Source: Escherichia phage LHE287
Sequence record: PP761450.1
Strand: one strand, 5' to 3'
Length of the DNA stretch: 64,000 nucleotides
In this document: piece after piece, positions 56,801-64,000 of the stretch
How positions within the stretch are numbered: the first letter of the stretch is position 1
How the letters are laid out: every line of letters starts with the position of its first letter
Program-made: the position numbers and the translations under genes
The notes under the pieces: generated by a model
What the model was told of the DNA's origin: nothing
Database searches by the model: none
What the model saw: only the letters and a program-made list of their open reading frames with translations

Positions 56801-57411
56801 AGAGCGACAGAACTTGTTTCAGAAGCCAAAATTTTTGTAAAGATTTCACGACTGTAGACACGACCTTGGCCAAGACCGACGCCGGATGTAATAATCCAAC
56901 CTTGTTCAGGCCCAGACCAAGTGAACGTTGCTGATACATTATCGGTTGTTATAGCCATGTCTTCAGTGGAGCCATACAAATTATTTCCAGAAGGAGACAC
57001 GGTCAATGGGTAAGTGGCAAATTTCCCATAAGCATCACAAATAGTAACGGAATCCCCAATACGCGTAGGGGAAGGGAGAACCACTGTAGATGCCCCTGTG
57101 GTATTATTAATGAGATAGCCTCGCCCTTCAGTGAGCGTTGTCGTAGAGGCATGCGGAAGGACTTCCCAGCGGATACCACCGCCACCCAGCGGCAACCATC
57201 CACCATTTTCATAGAAGCCCTCAAATTCGTCGGAGTCGGCATTGTAGCGAACGGAAGACGGGAGTCCTGCGCTGGTATTACCCTCGGGTAAAGTCAGGAC
57301 AGCATCTGGTCCATGCTCAATCGTACCCGTGTTGAGGATACCAGCCAAAGTAGACTGCTCTTCAGCCGCCAGACCGAGAGGGAAAACAGGCTGTGTTGGT
57401 TTATTAGCCAT
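53860..57411 (-). CDS. large tail spike protein (beta-helix type)
   Basis: Start MANKPTQ (57411); repeated N-x-x-x-N rungs (NNSFVTPEV..., GNVINGE..., GNKVNARHGIGDYAFNKGNIISNNNIE). Confidence 0.7.
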   Translation of the reverse strand: MANKPTQPVFPLGLAAEEQSTLAGILNTGTIEHGPDAVLTLPEGNTSAGLPSSVRYNADSDEFEGFYENGGWLPLGGGGIRWEVLPHASTTTLTEGRGYLINNTTGASTVVLPSPTRIGDSVTICDAYGKFATYPLTVSPSGNNLYGSTEDMAITTDNVSATFTWSGPEQGWIITSGVGLGQGRVYSREIFTKILASETSSVALNTPPTIVDVYADGKRLAESKYSLDGNVITFSPSLPANTELQVIEYTPIQLGNGGGSSSSTITWVYNGGSAIGGETEITLDVVVDDVPAIDINGSRQYKNLGFTFDPLTSKITLAQELEPEDEVVVIINGTPNIYNQIDYTLREVARVTNVKDTEVVYFSVGAALSGYKVIYDKETQRAYPLPADIVPGTTAVSLSSSAVLVHSAGSVDLGELAVSREEYVTLSGSFDTGVTVNTKNELVVFTDGKYRWDGALPKEVSAGSTPSTTGGEGSGAWISVGDTSLRSDLASNSGASIIGNKNKGDGTVSRTIAEQLEQLKTILDYGAVCDGITDDSAAIEAMANDLKYVILPDYTTTYIATSITLPLGIGEFKARIKASLRIADGAKIFFTSPSTSTTQSVNLVYNQPWVSSSVDLTGKYLEITNGKTDYVMAAETATANTIDIMSLSKDDANFGTLRSCLFKVIKYDSINSRAYLDITPNFSAPGATAIVYSEVNHAHFRNIHFIDENTGTADTDGVLRFRRNYGGGISNCTGRLNYPEISYFSNFNKVENNTLDIGYTFMLSWNCYHNSFSNNSFVTPEVIKDAVLIVFKNCCRNVFTGNVINGEATSGYHWGLIFHTHCDYNVATGNKVNARHGIGDYAFNKGNIISNNNIECYSLTNLGVIFNQFTDNTIRLSAGIENTVSYTVDLRRNKFYYVGGAGTPSSGCVNLYDTGSKPFGWAGFVSAPTQRIYLDDCEFYYNESRAAIDYTSLVDFTKTADLYLPSTVTALINGGVAGVFGYVQGTRSVSIKNCKFRNIHLGVMVACVTISTNFRLDIESNVFNDVDCAYLVKSTSINNNTRGLESINDTFVSCTIACMSSNYPAYLKGAILKGVGSVLVQCGAVANIYTGIIDKSCVAPNTGSVSGVSIWYNFLNAKPSAPNYSGALTASAVHPLSYRVPYGAEYYQLNADMGVTHTVYFVNRSTPSRSKTVAISISETSYT

Positions 57412-57448
57412 TTCAAATACCCCTAAATGTGTTCGTTTCATCTAGGGG

Positions 57449-57455
57449 TATTTAG
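57449..57455 (-). promoter_or_regulatory. late-promoter-like CTAAATA motif
   Basis: CTAAATACCCCTA with inverted copy TAGGGGTATTT before the start at 57411. Confidence 0.45.
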
Positions 57456-57457
57456 TT

Positions 57458-58648
57458 TTAGAAAGAAGCTACAATAGAATAATCGACCGAACAAGCAGTT
57501 GTTGTATTCGCATTAACAACGGAAATTCTCAATTTACCACCCACCACAGAACCTGTGAACGTCACTGTACCGCTCGTACTTTTCTGAACCAACAACTCCG
57601 ATTTGATAGTTCCGTCGCGAGTTATGGTTACTCGATATGTATCAACAACGTTACCTGTTCCCCATTGCGCGGTCACCAGTATTTGACAAAGGTTCACCAA
57701 ATCAAAATCTGGAAGAGCCGTCGTCCCAGAAGCCGAAACCGTGTAAGAAGACAAATTCGTTTTGGTACGATAAACGGCGTTCCCTAAACTATTGTCGACA
57801 GAGGTCATCTTGGCGTTATACGTTGATACATTAACTTTATCACTGGAAAGAGAACTGATGCTGTTATCCAGAGATGTCATCTTCGTGTTGTACGTGCTGA
57901 CCTCGACTTTATTACCCAGAGACGTATTGATATTGGAGATACTCAAATCCAACGACGCCATCTTAGTGTTGTAAGTCGATGTGTTGACTTTCCCGTTCAA
58001 CGATGTGTTGATGTTATTAATCTGGGACTCTAGACTCAGCATATCTGAGTCATACGCTGTCGATGTCACATATCCATTAAATCGGTTATCTGCAAACAAC
58101 GCATCAAAAAATGCAGTCATTGTCCAATAACGCGCTCCAGAATCTGTTTGTACTGGAATTGAAGTCGGCATCGTTGATCCGGTATACGCAGACAATCTGG
58201 TGAAATCCAAATTGAATTTGTAATATCCGGATGCCAACAACTCCCCAGCCAAACCAGAACCAGGTGGGGTAGTGTCTTCACTGACACCATGCTTTCTCAA
58301 CATGCTCAGGTTAACACCATCTGTCGCTACTATAGGCTCATCCGCGATAGACAGTTTCTTTCCAGCCGGAACAGTCAGGCCGCCGTTGGCTGTCAACAAC
58401 GCAGCAAAAGTCTTGTTCCCGTTGATCGTTTGTTCACCACCGTCGGTGCGGATCACTTTGTTTTCCAGTGTGTCGTAGATATTATCCACAGAACGCTTCA
58501 GCTCGTATGTCAAATGAGCTGAAGGAGGGAACAACGGATCATCAACAGCGAAATCGTTGACAACATCAGTCTTGCTTATTTTATCGTCAACAGAAGAAAG
58601 GATTGCATCAATCTGCTGACCTGTGTATCGACTCAGAAAATCGGCCAT
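57458..58648 (-). CDS. tail fibre/spike-associated protein with tandem repeats
   Basis: 396 aa; about 24-aa repeats (NINTSLNGKVNTSTYNTKMASLD...) and a beta-rich C-terminus. Confidence 0.55.
   Translation of the reverse strand: MADFLSRYTGQQIDAILSSVDDKISKTDVVNDFAVDDPLFPPSAHLTYELKRSVDNIYDTLENKVIRTDGGEQTINGNKTFAALLTANGGLTVPAGKKLSIADEPIVATDGVNLSMLRKHGVSEDTTPPGSGLAGELLASGYYKFNLDFTRLSAYTGSTMPTSIPVQTDSGARYWTMTAFFDALFADNRFNGYVTSTAYDSDMLSLESQINNINTSLNGKVNTSTYNTKMASLDLSISNINTSLGNKVEVSTYNTKMTSLDNSISSLSSDKVNVSTYNAKMTSVDNSLGNAVYRTKTNLSSYTVSASGTTALPDFDLVNLCQILVTAQWGTGNVVDTYRVTITRDGTIKSELLVQKSTSGTVTFTGSVVGGKLRISVVNANTTTACSVDYSIVASF
57800..58020. repeat. Imperfect tandem DNA repeat (about 72-nt period, 3 units) inside the fibre gene
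   Basis: Units beginning GTCATCTTGGCGTTATACG, GTCATCTTCGTGTTGTACG and GCCATCTTAGTGTTGTAAG. Confidence 0.5.
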
Positions 58649-58650
58649 TT

Positions 58651-59505
58651 TTAACTCCTTGAACTTTCTAGGAATACAGTAAACCCAGCAGGATGGAAAT
58701 GCTGACGGAAGACGCGGTCAAACACACCTTCAAATTCAGATACGTTGCCAGGAACTCTTATCACATACGTGAATTCATCATAGTAGTAATCGTCACGCAT
58801 TCCTGTCGCGCCGTCACATTCAAAGTTGTCATCCAGGCCACCAATTGCTTCCTTGGGATAATACACACTCACTGGGCAACCAAAGTAAATCCAGAAGAAC
58901 AATTCAATCGCTTTCTTCGTCCCGCGAATGCGATAAATGTGTTTAAGTAACTTCAACCAGCGTACATGGTCCAGTGTCCGGCGTTCAGTTCCCTCGACAT
59001 ACACAGAGAGTGTGTCTCCGTCTGAAGTCACCAAACTGTCCGAACCAACTGGCACAAACTTCCCGAACTCCAGGAAGGACTTATCAACCGTTCTCTGGAA
59101 TCCAAAATCAGCATACCAATCGTCGATGCGTTCGTTCTTGTCTTCCATTGAGATTAATGGTCGACCGTCCACGTCCAGCAAATCTTCGAAGTCTAGCGCC
59201 ATCATGTTCTCAAACGTGCGCGTCAGGAACTTGTCTTCCAAGAAGTCTTTGGCCTCAGTACCTGGCGTCTTGCGCTTCTTGATGTCAATCAACTGCTCAA
59301 TAGGAGACTGATCCGTATTTGGGTTCACCCAGCCACCAGTGTCTGCCAGATACGCCAAGATCTCCTCTTCGGTGAATCCCTGCTGTCGATACAACCAGTT
59401 GAAGAACGTATCCATAAACTCGATGAATACTGGGAATTCATTCTGGTAAAACAATGGGGTTTCATATTTCACCCCATTGTGTCCGTTATTAAGATCTTTG
59501 GACAT
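58651..59505 (-). CDS. baseplate-associated protein (position of gp7/gp53 in T4)
   Basis: 284-aa ORF overlapping the gp6-like gene end. Confidence 0.35.
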   Translation of the reverse strand: MSKDLNNGHNGVKYETPLFYQNEFPVFIEFMDTFFNWLYRQQGFTEEEILAYLADTGGWVNPNTDQSPIEQLIDIKKRKTPGTEAKDFLEDKFLTRTFENMMALDFEDLLDVDGRPLISMEDKNERIDDWYADFGFQRTVDKSFLEFGKFVPVGSDSLVTSDGDTLSVYVEGTERRTLDHVRWLKLLKHIYRIRGTKKAIELFFWIYFGCPVSVYYPKEAIGGLDDNFECDGATGMRDDYYYDEFTYVIRVPGNVSEFEGVFDRVFRQHFHPAGFTVFLESSRS

Positions 59506-61267
59506 AACGCACCTCCGGCTCCACAGTTACAGCACCGATGCGGAGCACCTGATTCTGTGTGGCCTGAATGTTCTGGTCAAGACCGTCTGGAGACACAATT
59601 ATTGTCACACCCTCAGTGTTGTAGTTGGATACTATGATACGCTGGAGTTCAACAACGCCAGTCACATAATCAACCGTTCCAACAGCTTGTACCAGATATT
59701 CCTTGGTCGTGTCTGTTGTACTCACCTTGTACATATTCAGGACACCACTGACGTCGCGTATGTAGTAAGTGAATTCGACCTCGGCCGGAAGCGGCTTAAA
59801 CCCACTGATACGCACAGAACCAGACGCAATCGAGCGCCCAAAATCGAATGTGAAGCTGTCCAGTACCCCGTAGTCTGGCTTGAAATGGCGTTTATACTTC
59901 ACAGAAGTGATGTTTGACACTATCGATCTGTCCATGTCGGTGATGGCCGACTGTAACTGCTCTTTATCGAACAGTTCGTCGAATCCTTCTAGGTTCCCCA
60001 AGCCCCAGTTGACAACACCGTTCTTCACGACTATCTTCAACTGCTCTTCGGTATAGGACGTGGAAGTGGGATCCCAGAACACGCGGGTGGTGACATCAAC
60101 ATAAGTCAGTTCAGCGTCGACAATCTTGGGTGTGATCGTGCCCACATTGTACTTGTCCAACGTCGCCACGATATCTGCCTTCTCAGCGTCCGAGAGCGCC
60201 TCACCAACAGAAGGTATCACAGCAATGTAAACGTATCCGGAGTCGGGCGGAGAGAGCGTGTCGCCGCCATATGCTTTGGCGCGGGAGACGTTAGAGAACA
60301 GACGCTCGGTCAACACAGCATAATCGACTTCGGCCACTGCCGCACCCTCAGCCTGATAAGCCAGCGGAGCAAGGCGCTTGATGTCCTCAATGCTCTCTGG
60401 GTCCTTACCACCGGAAGAACGTTCTGACACCAGCTCAACATCTACAAGGTTGAATCCCCCGATGGAAGACGCGGAGGACAAGGTAGTGATGTCATTGCCG
60501 TCTGCACCAGCTGTCTCCAGATACTGGAGGTACACGACGTTCCCGTCTTCTACTCGCTTACAGATATACCCATCACCGAATTCGAACGTGTACATCCCGT
60601 CCAACCCCAGCTCAACGAAGTAGAGTTGCGCATACTGGCTCAAATCGAACGGGCTGACATATCGTGAGAAGGTAGACCGCACGTCAGATGTCTCAGATTC
60701 CTGCACCTGCACCACCATATGGTCGATGTCCACGGAAGAAGATGGGATCACATAGGTAGAGATCGCGCTGCCTTCCACATCATAAGACTTGTACAGCCAG
60801 TTACCCTGTATGAGTTTGATGTTCTCGAACTTGTAAGAGCCGTCTACAAGAGAGGCACTCACAGGTTGGTCAACCGTGAAGTTATAAGATTTGCCATCCT
60901 TCACCCCAATGAACATCGCGCGGCGATCCATTACAATCGTGTCTGGAGCCGTGCTGGCGTCATATGGAGTGACTGTGACGTTTGCGTACAGGTACGCGGC
61001 CTGGTAGTTGTGAGGGGTGTAAGATAAGAACCCCGCCGCCAGACCGACATTAGAACGCTGTTGAGCAGAGTGAAGATGGCTTTCGCCATTCAGCATGTTC
61101 TGCATGAACCCGATAGAGTTGGCATCCGAGGCCAAGATACGCACGATTGCACTGAGACCAGAACCTTCAAAGTCATAATCCTTGAAAGTTGGATCAGCTT
61201 TCATGCGCTTCTTGATAAGATACTCGAAAGCCCTGACATCGAGTGAAGGGACTGTTTGCGTGGCCAT
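59489..61267 (-). CDS. gp6: baseplate wedge protein (gp6-like)
   Basis: Start MATQTV (61267) with GGAGAT RBS; DYDFEGS and ITPKI match T4 gp6 as I recall it; late motif at 61308. Confidence 0.7.
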   Translation of the reverse strand: MATQTVPSLDVRAFEYLIKKRMKADPTFKDYDFEGSGLSAIVRILASDANSIGFMQNMLNGESHLHSAQQRSNVGLAAGFLSYTPHNYQAAYLYANVTVTPYDASTAPDTIVMDRRAMFIGVKDGKSYNFTVDQPVSASLVDGSYKFENIKLIQGNWLYKSYDVEGSAISTYVIPSSSVDIDHMVVQVQESETSDVRSTFSRYVSPFDLSQYAQLYFVELGLDGMYTFEFGDGYICKRVEDGNVVYLQYLETAGADGNDITTLSSASSIGGFNLVDVELVSERSSGGKDPESIEDIKRLAPLAYQAEGAAVAEVDYAVLTERLFSNVSRAKAYGGDTLSPPDSGYVYIAVIPSVGEALSDAEKADIVATLDKYNVGTITPKIVDAELTYVDVTTRVFWDPTSTSYTEEQLKIVVKNGVVNWGLGNLEGFDELFDKEQLQSAITDMDRSIVSNITSVKYKRHFKPDYGVLDSFTFDFGRSIASGSVRISGFKPLPAEVEFTYYIRDVSGVLNMYKVSTTDTTKEYLVQAVGTVDYVTGVVELQRIIVSNYNTEGVTIIVSPDGLDQNIQATQNQVLRIGAVTVEPEVRYVQRS

Positions 61268-61307
61268 GATAATCTCCATCACCTGAGTTTGAATATGGTG
61301 TTGAAGA

Positions 61308-61314
61308 TATTTAG
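61308..61314 (-). promoter_or_regulatory. late-promoter-like CTAAATA motif
   Basis: 41 nt upstream of the gp6-like gene. Confidence 0.45.
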
Positions 61315-61632
61315 CCAACGGGAATCAAAACGCTCGCGCGCGTTTAATTTATTCGAATATAACTCGCGAGGGGGCTGACGCCCTCGCTCGTAACACCGCC
61401 CTATGCGGGCAGCACCATTCCACAGCCATGGAGGCTGCTTCTCGTTGTTCGTTGACACTCACAACTCGAAGGGCACTGCGTTAGGATACAGTTTCTTGAT
61501 GTTGTAGAAAAGTAGTTTTTACCTATTAATAATCACTGTCATTATTTTATTGGTCATTCCTGTGTTTATATTCAATAAACATACTCCCAATATAATAACG
61601 GAGACATTTAATCAATCCAGTGAGGCTCCGGA

Positions 61633-62202
61633 ATGCATATTAACACAGCAATCATGAAACACATTATTCCTTTGTTAGCAAAATACGAAGGGGAACGCGC
61701 CACGAAAATCCCTTTTGGAACAATCACCGATGAAGTAAAACGCCTGACAGGTAAAAGTATCAATTTCCGTCGCGTTATTGAATCTGCGTTAGAGTTGGCC
61801 CGTTCTGATTTACGAAATCCAACATTTTCATTTAATATTGACATAACTTCTTCACTTCGACAAGAATTGGAAGAATCATCACAAGCACGGCGCGATCGCT
61901 TCCGTCATTTATATGTTCGTAACGAATTCTCTGAAAGTCGTGTTGGTATGAAACTGGAGTCTATTCGTTCTGACATTTGCTTCACTGTCAACTATGTTTT
62001 AGAGCCAGAAAGTGGGCGCATTTATTTTGGCGCGATTATCGGTTTCTATGGGAACTCTATTAATGGTTGGGCTGAACGCGTTGGATTAAAAGAAACCCAG
62101 AACACTCATTCCACACCTTCTACCCATTATATGACGCATGAAGCTGCTGGTGAATATGTTTACATTCTGCGTCGTATTGTGAAGTTAGAAGTGTTAAAAT
62201 AA
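61633..62202 (+). CDS. hypothetical protein (plus strand)
   Basis: 189-aa ORF downstream of the divergent intergenic region. Confidence 0.45.
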   Translation: MHINTAIMKHIIPLLAKYEGERATKIPFGTITDEVKRLTGKSINFRRVIESALELARSDLRNPTFSFNIDITSSLRQELEESSQARRDRFRHLYVRNEFSESRVGMKLESIRSDICFTVNYVLEPESGRIYFGAIIGFYGNSINGWAERVGLKETQNTHSTPSTHYMTHEAAGEYVYILRRIVKLEVLK

Positions 62203-62259
62203 CGCTTTATTCAATAAATAATTGCAGTAAAGTTAGTTGCATGGAAGGGAGGGAACACT

Positions 62260-62406
62260 ATGTTTTACATGATGTTACTCCTCATCCTCCTGATCGGGAT
62301 TACCTTTACTCTCCTGGGTCTACCCGATCAGTCCGGTAAACAGACGCCCACTTCGGCGCATCCGGTTTTGAGTGAAGGTTCGTCCGCACTGCTGTGGGCA
62401 GTGTAG
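62260..62406 (+). CDS. small hydrophobic peptide (48 aa)
   Basis: Not in ORF track (<60 aa); strong RBS GGAAGGGAGG 7 nt before ATG; MFYMMLLLILLIGITFTLLGL transmembrane helix. Confidence 0.35.
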   Translation: MFYMMLLLILLIGITFTLLGLPDQSGKQTPTSAHPVLSEGSSALLWAV

Positions 62407-62409
62407 CAC

Positions 62410-64000
62410 AAAGAGGAGAGGACTTTTCAAATTAGCTTGGCTGTAGTATAGTAAATTTTATGGTGTAAAGAGTCGGGCGACCAGCGGTGTAAAGGCTGAG
62501 GCCAAGCACAGTCCTAGGACGAGGACTCCGGCTCCATAAGTCAATATCCACCTTGCATGGTGTCAGTGGACGCACTTGACCGTCGGAGAACGAAACTCCC
62601 TGTTGTAGCGTGATTAGCTCAGAATCAGAGAGCACCCCGTTGGCAAGTCGACACCAACACAAGGGGAGGTCGGGGGCGCTAATCTCCATCACGCCGACAA
62701 CATTATGAGTCTTCCATAGAGGGTTCATAATGTTGCGTCAAAGGGCAACAAGGTTCCTGTTGGTTGAATTAACTTGATTCATAGTTCCTACTGATCTTCC
62801 CGGATTCGAAGGAGCACCAACAGGCGAGGCCGGATGCGTAAGTTCCGGTAAATCGATGGTGATACCCTCGCCAACAAAAATAAAAGGTTTTATCAATAAC
62901 GGGTTACAAAGTATAGTTAACCCACTGAAGCGAAAAGCTGTTTGGGCATTAGACAAACACTTCGATGTGAACCCAGGACATGGCGTCTTGTGCTCAAACA
63001 GGTTTTCGTTTTCGTTGTGAGTGACTTTGCGGGTTTTTAGAAACTGACCAAGCAAATAACTGCTAATGATTCCGAAGTTCTGATGGCGGCGTAACAGCCT
63101 ATAAGTCAGTGAGGTCTTCCGATTCCTCATCACCAAATTCGGCGCACTAAAATAGACGGGAGGGTGTGATTAATAATCTCCCGTCGACAATGCCGTTATA
63201 TCTGACTGTCCAAAGGGGATAAGCTCCTGAGTAAGCAGAGGTGGGTTGCCTAAGTCAGATGGGATGTAAGGTCAGCGCTGGCCAAGCATTTGGGTTCGAC
63301 TCCTAAAAACGGCTCCACATCTTTGAGGATATTCTCACGAGTATCTTGAAAGATGTGAGCGAAGTCTTGCCATCAGCCCTGATCCCTGGCAGGTGAAGGG
63401 CACACAAATCGAAGTGCCTTGACAATTTATCTTAAACCCAAAGGTTGATCTACAAATTGGGCGGCCAATCCGGTGGACGATAACAGCATATTGGGCCATA
63501 CTGTTGAGTCAGGGCACTTCGATTTGTGAACTTGAGAGAGCATTGGGTGAAATAGACCATGCCTTGCAGATTGCGATGCCTATACATTCCGGACACTGGT
63601 GGGCACCAAGAAGAACTCAGTAGCAGACGAGCCATCAGGGTTAGCTACCCGGCGCGGCGAGGACTGGGAGGCCGAACTAAGGGGAAACCCGAGACAGGCG
63701 TAGTATTCTCAAGTTCACAAAATGAAGAGCATTAAAGAACTCGCAAAGGACCTGAAATTGGTATCCCTGGCTTGTACCACTGAGTGTTCTTCATCTTTGG
63801 TGATTCTATGTTGCCGGGCTATCAACCCATGCTTGCTGGAGCAACCAGCGGCTCTGAATCAACCAGCCAGCCTCGTTTGGTCCGAGCGTTAGAGGACAAG
63901 TTGCTTCTACATGGAAGCTGCGAGTTGCGACATTGGTTGCAACTTTGATGGCTCTGGATTTTATAAACCATGTCTATGGGTGACGCGGGATCTTTAGTAC
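62410..64000. other. ORF-poor region of about 1.6 kb, possibly structured non-coding RNA (unclassified)
   Basis: No convincing ORF in any frame; multiple nested GC-rich helices; tRNA-like T-arm/acceptor 3' motif at 63290-63317. Confidence 0.3.

Noticed and set aside
62432-63136. Minus-strand ORFs 62432..62728 and 62738..63136
   Set aside because: Translations are low-complexity with no RBS or start context; the region is better explained as non-coding.
63191-63317. Possible tRNA gene ending in GGGTTCGACTCC...CCA
   Set aside because: The T-arm and 3' acceptor strand look tRNA-like, but I could not build a D-arm or anticodon arm, and the only matching 5' acceptor strand is about 127 nt upstream, too long for a tRNA. 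Kept only as part of the unclassified structured region.
1-64000. Prophage features (integrase, attachment sites, host flanks)
   Set aside because: No integrase- or recombinase-like ORF recognised; gene content and T4-type late promoters indicate a virulent myovirus. The ORF-poor right end was considered as host flank but has no recognisable host genes.

Overview
This window reads as a contiguous stretch of a T4-like myovirus genome, almost entirely transcribed on the minus strand. Positions 1-27500 hold early and replication genes: HU-like protein, a NAMPT-family plus PRPP-synthetase-family pair, a vWA protein, an ACP-like protein, RegA, clamp loader gp44/gp62, sliding clamp gp45 and a UvsW-like helicase. 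Positions 27500-61300 hold the T4-type late structural module: gp23 capsid, gp22, gp21, gp20 portal, gp19 tube, gp18 sheath, large terminase, gp13-15-position proteins, a 1612-aa structural protein, three beta-helix tail spikes, a repeat-containing fibre and gp6. The tail-spike cluster and T4-like core are most consistent with an Ackermannviridae-type phage, but that is inference. Calls rest on my recall of T4 and E. coli reference proteins, on the ORF track, and on motifs read directly from the sequence; no database search was run. The most notable observations are a 159-aa mini-intein splitting the Walker A motif of the large terminase, the adjacent NAMPT-like/Prs-like pair (candidate NAD+ reconstitution module), an ACP-like protein whose phosphopantetheine-site Ser is replaced by Glu, a Vsr-like zinc-finger nuclease downstream of gp23, and a ~1.6 kb ORF-poor region at the right end. 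Coordinates of promoters, terminators and repeats are approximate (about +/-2 nt).
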